A stretch of 64,000 nucleotides of DNA from an uncultured Opitutales bacterium (GTDB lineage Bacteria > Verrucomicrobiota > Verrucomicrobiia > Opitutales > Intestinicryptomonadaceae): assembly GCA_944389175.1 (NCBI GenBank), contig CALXLK010000005.1:10848-74847 (forward strand), read 5' to 3'. Made by a program: the position numbers and the translations under genes. Shown here in pieces: positions 19,284 to 29,955 of this stretch. The notes beneath the pieces are model-generated. The model saw only the letters and a program-made list of their open reading frames with translations, was not told the DNA's origin and ran no database searches. Position 1 is the stretch's first letter. Every line of letters starts with the position of its first letter.

Positions 19284-20069
19284 TTATTTCCTGTACTTTT
19301 TTATCGTCGAATATGCGTCGTTGACGCGCGAAAGTTCCTGCTCGAGAGCCCTAACTGCTATATCGCCGAGCCCCTTGCTGCGCATTAGGTCGGGATGCAA
19401 CTCCTTGCACCTGCGCCGATAGGCCTTTTTTATCTCCTCGTCGCCGGCGTTTGCCGAAACGCCCAATGTGGCGTAGGCGCTCTCGAGTTCCGACGGCTGC
19501 ACGTAGGAGCTCGCCGAAGAGGCTCCGCCTCGACCACCGCTATACTCCCCGCCATAGCCGGAAGACCGCCCCGACGAATAATCCGTCCACACAAATTCGC
19601 CTATGTCAAAACCCAAAATTTTTGCCGTATTCGAGAGCACGGCCAGCTCCATGCGCGAAATGCCCCCGTCGGCTGCGGCGACGCGGCAAAGGATTATCAT
19701 GTAGGCCCTGCGCGCGAAGTAGTCTGTAAACTCGCCCGCAAAAGACTCGGTAATGTCCTCTAGCGTTTCTGAGGACATCTTGGAGGCGTTGAAAATTTCT
19801 ATCGCCCGCCTGCGCGCCTGCGAATCTATATTGAAAGCCCTAAAAAATTCCTCGACGGCGTCGATTTCCTCGCGCGTTACTCTGCCGTCAATTCTTGCGA
19901 TTTTTGCCAGAGCCCTGCAGACATACTTAAAGTAGAGCTCTTTCCGCGCGCGTTTTTTGGGCGAATCCCAGACAATATGGCCCAAAATAGCCCCCAACAA
20001 GGCTCCCCATATGCCCTTGAGCGCCCAAAGCCCCACAAAAAAACCTACCAATTTGCCAAGCATGATCAA
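19284..20069 (-). CDS. DjlA-like membrane-anchored J-domain co-chaperone
   Basis: Gly-rich N-terminal TM helix (LVGFFVGLWALKGIWGALLGAILG), central TerB-like region, and a C-terminal J domain with HPD (KELHPDL). Confidence 0.75.
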   Translation of the reverse strand: MIMLGKLVGFFVGLWALKGIWGALLGAILGHIVWDSPKKRARKELYFKYVCRALAKIARIDGRVTREEIDAVEEFFRAFNIDSQARRRAIEIFNASKMSSETLEDITESFAGEFTDYFARRAYMIILCRVAAADGGISRMELAVLSNTAKILGFDIGEFVWTDYSSGRSSGYGGEYSGGRGGASSASSYVQPSELESAYATLGVSANAGDEEIKKAYRRRCKELHPDLMRSKGLGDIAVRALEQELSRVNDAYSTIKKYRK

Positions 20070-20705
20070 TCGCCGAATTTTCTAAAGGAAAAACGGGGCG
20101 TTAATCAACAAAAAACGCTTCAAAAAACTTCGCAGACATTCTCAATACAAACAGCGCCAAAACAACGCACATTCCGCATGCCGCCCCATAGATACCGCAT
20201 ATGCGTTGGGAAAATTTTTCCAAAAAACGCCTTTTACTTCCCCGTAAATGCGCAAAACTTTTGCGCCCGCCTTCCGAGAGAGTTTTGGGAAAAGTAAAAG
20301 CGTTCACTTTAGCGACGGTGAAAACGGCATCCGCGCAAGGGAGCGTTCAAAAAGCATTTTAACCTGCAACAACCCAACAAGCCTTTAACCCCGGGTTGAC
20401 ATGGGTACAAACACACGGCAAAGCGCAAAACAATACCAAGAAATAATAAAAAGCAAAAATGGGCAAGTAGCGGAAAATGTTTTAACCGACAAAGGCCTCA
20501 TAAATGCAAAAACCCCGCGCACACAAGTGCGGCGCAAGCGCAAGACAAATCGAGAAAATAAAGACCTGCAAACGAGTTAACTTGCGCCTATGAAAGGGCG
20601 CGCAGAAGCGCAAAAAAAAATAAAAAGAGTTGAAAAGAAAGCGCTATTCTGCCTAAATGGGGAGTGTTATTTTTTGTAAAGACAACCGAAACAAAAATCA
20701 TAGGT

Positions 20706-21539
20706 ATGAAAAAATTAATTCTGACACCGCTGATAAAGAAGTTTGTGATGGCAGTTACCGGCTTTGTGCTGGCGTCCTTCCTTCTTATACACATGCTGGG
20801 AAACCTGCAAGTGCTCGAAGGGCCCAAGGCCATAAATGTGTACGCAAACTTCCTGCAAACGCTGCCTTGGGAGATACTCTGGGGCTTTAGAATCGGGCTG
20901 GCAGCCTGCTTCGTAATCCATTTCTGCTTGGCATATTTGCTGGTGGTGGAAAACGCCAAGGCCAGGCCGCAGTCGTACTCGGTCAAGAAGTCGCAGGCGT
21001 GCACGCTCGCGGCCCGTACCATGATATATACGGGAACTCTCGTATTGCTGTTTGCGGTAATACATATACTCCACTACACGGTGCTGTGCCTAAACCCCGA
21101 ATTTTCCCAACTCGAATGGAAATATGAAGGCAAGGCAATCCACGACGTGTACGCCATGCTCATTCTGGGGTTCTCAAACGAGTGGGTGTCGCTGGGCTAC
21201 ATAGTGGCGATGATTGCAATATCGTTCCACCTTTCGCATGGCGTGACGAGCATGTTCCAGAGCATCGGTTTTAGAAACGAGACTTGGAGGTATTTTCTAA
21301 ACAAAGTCGCCGTGGCCTACTGCATAATCATAGGGATCGGCTTCTGCGTAAACCCCGCGGTTGTTCTGATATCGAGCTATACGGACTGCCAGATAGTCCC
21401 GGCCAAGTGCGTAATCAAGCAGTATGAAGCCCAGAAAGACAAAAAGGGGCCAATTTTCATAAAGTACGCGTGCCCGAAGACGGCTGCCACATGCACAATT
21501 TCCGTCGCGCCCGCAACGAAAACCAACACAGCAAAATAA
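20706..21539 (+). CDS. sdhC: succinate dehydrogenase/fumarate reductase cytochrome b subunit (b558-type) with Cys-rich C-terminal tail
   Basis: Five predicted TM helices with conserved His (LLIHMLGN, HFCLAY, ILHYT, FHLSHG). Immediately upstream of the flavoprotein gene. ATG 20706 (MKKLILTPL) is preferred to track start 20664. Confidence 0.85.
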   Translation: MKKLILTPLIKKFVMAVTGFVLASFLLIHMLGNLQVLEGPKAINVYANFLQTLPWEILWGFRIGLAACFVIHFCLAYLLVVENAKARPQSYSVKKSQACTLAARTMIYTGTLVLLFAVIHILHYTVLCLNPEFSQLEWKYEGKAIHDVYAMLILGFSNEWVSLGYIVAMIAISFHLSHGVTSMFQSIGFRNETWRYFLNKVAVAYCIIIGIGFCVNPAVVLISSYTDCQIVPAKCVIKQYEAQKDKKGPIFIKYACPKTAATCTISVAPATKTNTAK

Positions 21540-21548
21540 AGGTTTAAT

Positions 21549-23495
<1,947 letters not shown>

Positions 23496-23513
23496 TATAA
23501 CATAGGTATCGAA

Positions 23514-24266
23514 ATGAAAATTCATCTTAAAGTTTGGAGACAAAAAGACGCCAACGACAAGGGGCACTTCGAAAAGTACACTGTCGACAATGTAAGCGAA
23601 GAGAGTTCGTTCCTTGAAATGTTCGATATTCTGAACGAACAGCTCGTTGCCCAGGACAAAGAACCCATAGTTTTCGACCACGACTGCCGCGAAGGCATTT
23701 GCGGAATGTGCTCGATGACCATAAACGGCGTGCCGCACGGGCCTGAAGCAGAAACCACGGTTTGCCAGCTGCATATGCGCAAGTTTAAGGACGGAGACAC
23801 GATAGTTGTGGAACCTTGGAGAGCCGGTCCGTTCCCGGTAAAGAAGGACCTCATCGTCTCGCGCGACGCCCTCGACCTCATACAGCAGGCCGGCGGCTAC
23901 ATTTCTGTGCGCACGGGTTCTGCGCGCGACGCCAACGAAATTCCGATTCCCAAGGAAGTGGCGGACAAGTCCATGGACGCGGCCCAGTGCATCGGTTGCG
24001 GCGCGTGCGTGGCGGCCTGCCCGAACGCATCGGCCATGCTGTTTACGGCCGCCAAGGTCTGCCACCTAAACTACCTGCCGCAGGGCGCGCCCGAAAAGGA
24101 CAAGCGCACAATCGCGATGGTGGAAAAGATGCAGGAACTGGGCTTTGGCAACTGCTCGAACTATGGCGAGTGCCAGGCTGTCTGCCCGAAGGGAATCACG
24201 CTTGACTTCATCGCGAAAATGAACCGCGACTACGCCCTTGCAAAGGCGCGGCAGTTCTTGAAGTAA
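23514..24266 (+). CDS. sdhB: succinate dehydrogenase/fumarate reductase iron-sulfur subunit
   Basis: 2Fe-2[10 protein letters not shown], 4Fe-4[13 protein letters not shown], 3Fe-4[13 protein letters not shown]. Confidence 0.96.
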   Translation: MKIHLKVWRQKDANDKGHFEKYTVDNVSEESSFLEMFDILNEQLVAQDKEPIVFDHDCREGICGMCSMTINGVPHGPEAETTVCQLHMRKFKDGDTIVVEPWRAGPFPVKKDLIVSRDALDLIQQAGGYISVRTGSARDANEIPIPKEVADKSMDAAQCIGCGACVAACPNASAMLFTAAKVCHLNYLPQGAPEKDKRTIAMVEKMQELGFGNCSNYGECQAVCPKGITLDFIAKMNRDYALAKARQFLK

Positions 24267-24286
24267 TAAAAAGTTTTAAAGACGAA

Positions 24287-24316
24287 AGCGCTCCGATGAG
24301 GGGCGCTTTTTTTTAT
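24287..24316 (+). terminator. intrinsic terminator after sdhB
   Basis: AGCGCTCC-GATGA-GGGGCGCT (one G-U pair) followed by T9. Confidence 0.7.
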
Positions 24317-24398
24317 ATAAAAAACTTGCTCGACCTTGGATATTTTGGCACTCTAAGCGCACTGGGCGGCTCTCGCCAAACAGGAGGAATATCGTATT

Positions 24399-26873
24399 AT
24401 GGATAGGGAAAAATTAAGAAAATTTATGTTTGCGGGGCTTATGGCAGTCTCCGGCGCGCTAGTAGTCGGGGCTGAGCTGACGCCGGTATCCTTCGACAAG
24501 GTCAAATTGCAGGATACATTCTGGCTTGAAAGAATGAAGGCGCAAAAGAATGTGCTCATACCGCTTGCGTTTGAAAAAACGGCCGTGGGGCTTGAAAATC
24601 TGCGCATAGCAGGGCGCGTGCAAAAAGCCGACACTAACATTCGCTCGGGGCGTTCTTTTTTCGACACGTCCGATCTTTACAAAGTCATAGAGGGCGCCGC
24701 ATACCTGCTAAAGATAGAGCGCGACGATGCCCTGGAGGCGAAAATAGACTCGATATCCAAAGACATAGCCTCTGCAATGGAGCCCGACGGGTATCTCTAC
24801 CCGCCGATAACGGGCAAAGCATATGACAAAGCGCGCTACGGCGACATAGCCTTCGGGCACGAGCTCTACAACGTGGGGCACCTATACGAGGCCGCTGTGG
24901 CCTACTATCTTGCCACCGGCAAGCGCAACTTGCTCGACATCGCCGAAAAAAACGCCAGGCATGTCAACAAAGCTTTTTTCATAGGCGGCGACGAGAAGTA
25001 CAACGGCGGCAAGCCGGTCAACCAGGCGCCAGGGCACCAAGAAATAGAACTTGCGCTTGTAAAGCTCTATAAGGCCACGGGCGATAGGCTATACCTCGAT
25101 ATGGCAAAGCGTTTTTTGGATATCCGGGCCCTCACATACGTGGCCCCGCCAAAGAACTCGCAACCGCCCAAATACGCGAGGCTACTTCGGCCCGAATACG
25201 CCCAGCAGGACAAGCCCGTCAGGGAATTGAGGGAAGTTAGCGGGCACTGTGTGAGAGCATGCTACATGTACGCGGCGATGGCCGACGTCGGCTCTGCCGC
25301 GGGCGATCCGACTTTCAAAACCGCCCTTGAAAGCCTGTGGGCCGACATAGTTGACACCCGCATGCACATAACAGGCGGCATAGGAGCCGTCCGCGAAATA
25401 GAGGGCTTCGGCCCGAAATACGTTTTGCCAAACGAGACAGCCTACGATGAAACGTGCGCGGCAATAGCAAACATGTTTTTCAATTTTAGAATGTTTCTGC
25501 TTGAGCTCGACGCCAAGTATATGGACGTCGCCGAGGTGGCGCTTCTAAACAATGTACTGGCCGGGGTAAATCTCGCAGGCGACAGGTTTTTCTACGACAA
25601 TCCGCTGGAATGTTATTCGACAAAAGGGCGCTCAAAATGGTTCGGCTGCGCGTGTTGCCCGACAAACCTTGCGCGCGTAATACCGCAGGTGCCGGGCATG
25701 ATGTACGCCTACAGCGCCGACGAGGCGTATCTGTGCCTCTACGCCTCGAGCCAAACGGAAATACCGCTTGAATTGGGCAAAGTAAGAATCGAACAAAAGT
25801 CGGACTACCCTCTCGACGGCAAGGTTCAAATAAGGGTGTACCCGCAAAAAGGCGAATCAAAATTCGCTTTGATGCTTAGAATTCCGAGCTGGGCCACAAA
25901 ACAATTCGTGCCCGGAAAGCTCTACTATTACACAGGCAAAGAGCCCCGGCAGAAATGGTCGCTTAAGATAAACGGGGAAGAGATAAGTGATGTCAAAATG
26001 AGCAAGGGCTTCGCCCGCATAGAAAGGACGTGGCGCTCAGGCGACACCGCAGAGCTCAACCTGCCCATGCCCGTGCGTTTCAACAAGGCCGTAAACGAGG
26101 TGGAGGCCGACAGGGGGCGCGTTGCCCTGACCCGCGGGCCGCTCGTGCTATGCGCCGAGGGCATAGACAACGAAGCGCCACCAAATGCAATAGCCCTGTG
26201 CGATTTTTCCCAAACTCCCAACGTAGAGAGAATAAAGAAAGGCCCGCTAAAAGGAATCCCCAGAGCGAGCCTCGAGAAGGCAAATTACATAGACGCCAAA
26301 GGCAGATGGCTGCCGACGAAATGTTCTCTCATACCCTACTATGCGTGGAATAACCGCGGAAATTATCCGATGAACGTATGGTTTGCCGACAGCAGGCAGT
26401 CACTAGAAAAAAATGTGAATTTAAGCCGCGTTTACAAAAGCGAGGAAATAGTCGGGGAAATTTCCGCCCCGAGGGGAGACGGCGACATAAAATCTACGGT
26501 CAAAAAATCTACCCCGCTATCATCAAAAGATATTGAAAGCGGGGGGTGGATATGCGGGGAAAACGCTTCGAAGATAGTCGTCGAATACGAGTTTAAACGC
26601 GTAATAAACCTGTGGGAAATCGGCATATACTGGGCCGACGGTGTCAACGGCGCGAAAGCGCCCCGCAGTTGGACTGCCCTCTACCGCGAACCCGAGACGA
26701 AAACGTGGTACGCCTACCCGAAATATTTGACCGAGGACTACGGCACGCTGAAAGACCAGCTCAACACCGTAAAGTCGGCGCGCAATTTTATATCAACCGA
26801 CGCCGTTAGAATAGTAATAACTCCCCAAGACGGCACCCGCGCCGGCATTCTGCGCGCCAGATTTTCCGAATAG
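24399..26873 (+). CDS. secreted glycoside hydrolase family 127-like (beta-L-arabinofuranosidase/DUF1680) with C-terminal beta-sandwich domain
   Basis: Signal peptide. YDETCAAIANM (Glu-x-Cys) and GCACCPTNLARV (Cys-Cys) match the Zn/Cys active-site residues described for GH127 HypBA1. AGGAGG RBS upstream. Confidence 0.85.
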   Translation: MDREKLRKFMFAGLMAVSGALVVGAELTPVSFDKVKLQDTFWLERMKAQKNVLIPLAFEKTAVGLENLRIAGRVQKADTNIRSGRSFFDTSDLYKVIEGAAYLLKIERDDALEAKIDSISKDIASAMEPDGYLYPPITGKAYDKARYGDIAFGHELYNVGHLYEAAVAYYLATGKRNLLDIAEKNARHVNKAFFIGGDEKYNGGKPVNQAPGHQEIELALVKLYKATGDRLYLDMAKRFLDIRALTYVAPPKNSQPPKYARLLRPEYAQQDKPVRELREVSGHCVRACYMYAAMADVGSAAGDPTFKTALESLWADIVDTRMHITGGIGAVREIEGFGPKYVLPNETAYDETCAAIANMFFNFRMFLLELDAKYMDVAEVALLNNVLAGVNLAGDRFFYDNPLECYSTKGRSKWFGCACCPTNLARVIPQVPGMMYAYSADEAYLCLYASSQTEIPLELGKVRIEQKSDYPLDGKVQIRVYPQKGESKFALMLRIPSWATKQFVPGKLYYYTGKEPRQKWSLKINGEEISDVKMSKGFARIERTWRSGDTAELNLPMPVRFNKAVNEVEADRGRVALTRGPLVLCAEGIDNEAPPNAIALCDFSQTPNVERIKKGPLKGIPRASLEKANYIDAKGRWLPTKCSLIPYYAWNNRGNYPMNVWFADSRQSLEKNVNLSRVYKSEEIVGEISAPRGDGDIKSTVKKSTPLSSKDIESGGWICGENASKIVVEYEFKRVINLWEIGIYWADGVNGAKAPRSWTALYREPETKTWYAYPKYLTEDYGTLKDQLNTVKSARNFISTDAVRIVITPQDGTRAGILRARFSE

Positions 26874-26902
26874 AGGGCGCGCGGGATTTTCAGCACATTG
26901 CA

Positions 26903-26940
26903 AGCGCCCCCGACAAGAGGGCGCTTCTTTTAGTTTTTAT
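26903..26940 (+). terminator. intrinsic terminator after the GH127 gene
   Basis: AGCGCCC-CCGACAAGA-GGGCGCT followed by the T-rich run TCTTTTAGTTTTT. Confidence 0.5.
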
Positions 26941-27047
26941 TTTGCCGATAAGGATAAAATTCGGGGAAAAATACAAGGCGCCCCAGGAGCCTCGGGAGGG
27001 CGATAAACAAGCAAAAAAAGCTTGCATTGAAGGGGGAAAAAAACGAG

Positions 27048-27053
27048 TATTAA
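27048..27053 (+). promoter_or_regulatory. candidate -10 box (TATTAA) for the SRP RNA
   Basis: TATTAA lies 7 nt upstream of the G (27060) that begins the closing helix of the SRP RNA. The possible -35 boxes TTGAAG and TTGCAT have non-ideal spacing. Confidence 0.4.
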
Positions 27054-27059
27054 AAACAA

Positions 27060-27160
27060 GGTCGGGCCCTATGCAATTTGCGAAGTCGCCAACCCCGCCA
27101 GGTTCGGAAGAAAGCAACGGTAACGTTCTTCCAGATGTGCCGTAGGTAGCCTGACCCCCT
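27060..27160 (+). ncRNA. ffs: signal recognition particle RNA (small 4.5S type)
   Basis: About 100-nt imperfect hairpin. The closing helix GGTCGGGC/GCCTGACC pairs 27060-27067 with 27149-27156. The apical motif CCGCCAGGTTC-GGAA-GAAAGCAACGG has the GGAA tetraloop at 27106-27109, three closing pairs, and the same non-canonical set as the E. coli domain IV symmetric loop (G.A, G.G, A.C, C.A from 5'-CAGG / 3'-AGCA). A T tract follows. Confidence 0.72.
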
Positions 27161-27170
27161 TTCCGTTTTT

Positions 27171-27905
27171 ATGAGCCTTCACAAAGCAAAAATGAATATA
27201 CCGCGTCATATTGCCATAATTATGGACGGCAACGGCCGCTGGGCGAAGAAGAAAGGCAAGACGCGCATAGAAGGCCACAAAAAGGGCGCCGAACAGATAC
27301 GCCACGTTTTGAGCGCGGCCAAAAAGCTCGGCGTCGAGTACGTGACGCTCTACGCGTTTTCATCGGAGAACTGGAATAGGCCTAAAAGCGAGGTTACGGC
27401 GCTGATGAGGCTTCTCGAGGCGTCGATAAAGGCGAACGAAAAGCTGTTTGTAAAAAACGGTGTAAGGTTTGAGACCATAGGCGATACAACCGCCCTGCCC
27501 GCCTACTGCCAAAAGGCAATATCGCACATAAAAGCGGCCACTAAAAACTGCAAAAACCAGACGCTGGTGCTGGCCCTAAACTACGGTTCGCGCGATGAAA
27601 TTGCGAGGGTTGTAAACGAAATAGCCAGGGAGGCAGCCGAGGGGAAACTAAAAAAAGCCCCCCTTGAATACGGCGACATCGCCGCGAGGCTCGACACGGC
27701 GCAAATTCCCGATCCCGACCTGATAATAAGGACCTCGGGCGAACAGCGTCTCAGCAATTATTTGATGCTCCAAGGGGCCTATTCGGAGTTGTACTTCACC
27801 GACGTGCTCTGGCCGGACTTCGGCGAAAAAGAGCTCGAAAAAGCCGTGGCAGAATACTCAAAACGCGAACGCCGCTACGGTTTAACCTCGGAACAACTCA
27901 AATGA
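27171..27905 (+). CDS. uppS: undecaprenyl diphosphate synthase
   Basis: HIAIIMDGNGRWA, YVTLYAFSSENWNRP and DLIIRTSGEQRLSNYL motifs. The start could alternatively be ATG 27192 (MNIPRH). Confidence 0.93.
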   Translation: MSLHKAKMNIPRHIAIIMDGNGRWAKKKGKTRIEGHKKGAEQIRHVLSAAKKLGVEYVTLYAFSSENWNRPKSEVTALMRLLEASIKANEKLFVKNGVRFETIGDTTALPAYCQKAISHIKAATKNCKNQTLVLALNYGSRDEIARVVNEIAREAAEGKLKKAPLEYGDIAARLDTAQIPDPDLIIRTSGEQRLSNYLMLQGAYSELYFTDVLWPDFGEKELEKAVAEYSKRERRYGLTSEQLK

Positions 27906-28780
27906 TGCAAAAGAGAATTTTTAGCACGATAGCATTATGGGCGATAGCCGTGCTGGCCATAGTCTACGGAGCAAGCGCAGGCTTTACGCTGATTGTCTGC
28001 GCGCTTGCTCTCGGAGCCAATTACGAAGTTTGCCAGCTGCTGAGGAAAGCGGGGTTCGAGCCGAAGTTAAAATACATACAGGTTTCAACCGTTCTTATTT
28101 TCTTGCTTAGCGGGGTAGACTTCTACCGCTACACGAACCTCTTAAACGCCTGCGCGCTGTCGCAGTCGGGCGCAGACATAGTCGCGGCGTTATCGGTGGC
28201 AATTGTGTCGGTCATGGCGCTAAGAGACCCGTACGGGCCATACTTTAAAAAGACGGTTCTGCCTACAGCCGCAATTATTGTGGCGATTCCGTTCATGTTA
28301 AAATGGTATGTAGTAGTGGGCGCTTCATCGGGCGAATATGTTGATATAATGCTTGCCGTGTGGATAATCGCGGCGGCGAAATTCTCCGACGTGGGCGCAT
28401 ACGTCATAGGGGCCGCGTTCGGACGGCATAAAATGGCCCCGAACATAAGCCCCAACAAGACGTGGGAGGGCGCAGTCGGAGGCGTGTTGTCATCGGCGGC
28501 AATAGGCGCTGCAATTTCGTGGATATGCGGAATGTACAATATTTTCCCGCAGGCGCTCACGCCTCTTGCCACGGCGGCGGCATCGCTTTTCATAGGCGCG
28601 GCCGCGGTGGTAAGCGACTTGCTTGAATCGCTTTTAAAGCGCAGGGTCGGGGTAAAGGACTCGGGCGCGGCGATACCCGGCATAGGCGGAATACTCGATT
28701 TGGCCGATTCGCTGATTTTGTGCGCGCCGCTGGCCGCGGCAATGAAATATGCATTCGTTATAATTTATCTAAACGCGTAA
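27902..28780 (+). CDS. cdsA: phosphatidate cytidylyltransferase
   Basis: Polytopic membrane protein with CTP-transferase signature SDVGAYVIGAAFGRHKMAPNISPNKTWEGAVGG and KRRVGVKDSG..IPGIGGILD. 4-nt overlap with uppS. Confidence 0.88.
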   Translation: MMQKRIFSTIALWAIAVLAIVYGASAGFTLIVCALALGANYEVCQLLRKAGFEPKLKYIQVSTVLIFLLSGVDFYRYTNLLNACALSQSGADIVAALSVAIVSVMALRDPYGPYFKKTVLPTAAIIVAIPFMLKWYVVVGASSGEYVDIMLAVWIIAAAKFSDVGAYVIGAAFGRHKMAPNISPNKTWEGAVGGVLSSAAIGAAISWICGMYNIFPQALTPLATAAASLFIGAAAVVSDLLESLLKRRVGVKDSGAAIPGIGGILDLADSLILCAPLAAAMKYAFVIIYLNA

Positions 28781-29952
28781 TGAAACTTGTAAGAAAACTT
28801 TCAATTTTGGGCGCGACCGGATCAATCGGGGACAACACGCTCTCCGTGGTCAGGGCCAATCCCGACAGGCTAAAGGTCGTCGGCATCGCAGGCAGGAAAA
28901 ATTTTCAAAAGCTTGCGCGCATAGCGGCGGAATTCGGCGTCAAAGACGTCGCCATACGCGACGAAGAAGCCTACGAGCAAGCCAAGGCCTCAAAATTATT
29001 TTCCGCCGACACCCGTCTTTATTGCGGGACGGAAGGGCTGACTGCGGTTGCCACATTGCCAGAAGCCGACACTGTCGTTGCTGCGGTAGTGGGAACATCG
29101 GCCCTGAGGCCTACGCTTGCGGCCATAGAGGCCGGCAAAGACATCGCCCTGGCGAATAAAGAGCTGCTTGTAATGGCCGGCAAATTTGTAATGGGCGCGG
29201 CAAAGGAAAAGGGGGTCGACATGCTGCCCCTTGACAGCGAGCACAACGCCATATTCCAGTGCCTTGTCGGAGAGCGGATCGACGACGTGGCAAAGCTGCT
29301 GATAACGGCCTCGGGGGGAATGTTCCGCGATTACAGCGTAGAGCAGATGAAACAAATAAAGCCCGCGCAGGCGCTAAAGCACCCGAACTGGAACATGGGC
29401 CCCAAAGTGACGATAGACTCGTCGACGCTGGCAAACAAGGGCCTTGAGGTCATAGAGGCAAAATGGTTGTTTGGGGTCAGCCCGGAACAGATACAGGTGG
29501 TTGTGCAAAAGCAAAGCCTGGTGCATTCGATGGTGCAGTTTAAAGACGGCTCGATAAAGGCGCACTTCTCGCCCCCGTCGATGACTTTTGCGATATCGCA
29601 CAGCCTTCTCTACGGCAAGCGCGGGCTCCCCGCGGTCGAGACGCTCGACTTTTGCAAACCCATGCAAATAGATTTTGCCCCTCCGGACACGGCGCGCTTT
29701 CCGTGCCTAAAACACGCCTATGCTGCGCTGAGAGCCGGCGGGACGGCGACTACGTGTTTTAATGCGGCAAACGAACAGGCAGTGGCTAGCTTCATCAAAG
29801 GAGGCCTGCCGTGGATAAACATAGCCGACGTCGTCGGGCAGACGCTTGAAAAGACCCCGCATGTCGACCCGCAATCGCTTGAAGAAGTCTTGCAATACGA
29901 CAGCCTCGCGCGCCAAAACGCCGACGCCATAATTGCTAAAATGGGATATTAG
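28780..29952 (+). CDS. dxr: 1-deoxy-D-xylulose 5-phosphate reductoisomerase
   Basis: LSILGATGSIG, LANKE, DSEHNAIFQ, ITASGG.FR and HPNWNMGPKVTIDSSTLANKGLEVIEA. ATG 28780 overlaps the cdsA stop (TAATG). Track start 28720 is an extension into cdsA. Confidence 0.95.
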   Translation: MKLVRKLSILGATGSIGDNTLSVVRANPDRLKVVGIAGRKNFQKLARIAAEFGVKDVAIRDEEAYEQAKASKLFSADTRLYCGTEGLTAVATLPEADTVVAAVVGTSALRPTLAAIEAGKDIALANKELLVMAGKFVMGAAKEKGVDMLPLDSEHNAIFQCLVGERIDDVAKLLITASGGMFRDYSVEQMKQIKPAQALKHPNWNMGPKVTIDSSTLANKGLEVIEAKWLFGVSPEQIQVVVQKQSLVHSMVQFKDGSIKAHFSPPSMTFAISHSLLYGKRGLPAVETLDFCKPMQIDFAPPDTARFPCLKHAYAALRAGGTATTCFNAANEQAVASFIKGGLPWINIADVVGQTLEKTPHVDPQSLEEVLQYDSLARQNADAIIAKMGY

Positions 29953-29955
29953 GCC

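Noticed and set aside
20630-20658. TTGAAA-17 nt-CTAAAT as the sdhCAB promoter
   Set aside because: The -10 hexamer matches the consensus poorly. It is not listed as a feature and is mentioned only as a weak candidate.
27100-27132. GGAAGAA...TTCTTCC 7-bp inverted repeat upstream of uppS, considered as an attenuator
   Set aside because: It is part of the SRP RNA helix (its 3' strand pairs further down the same hairpin). The ffs call explains it better.
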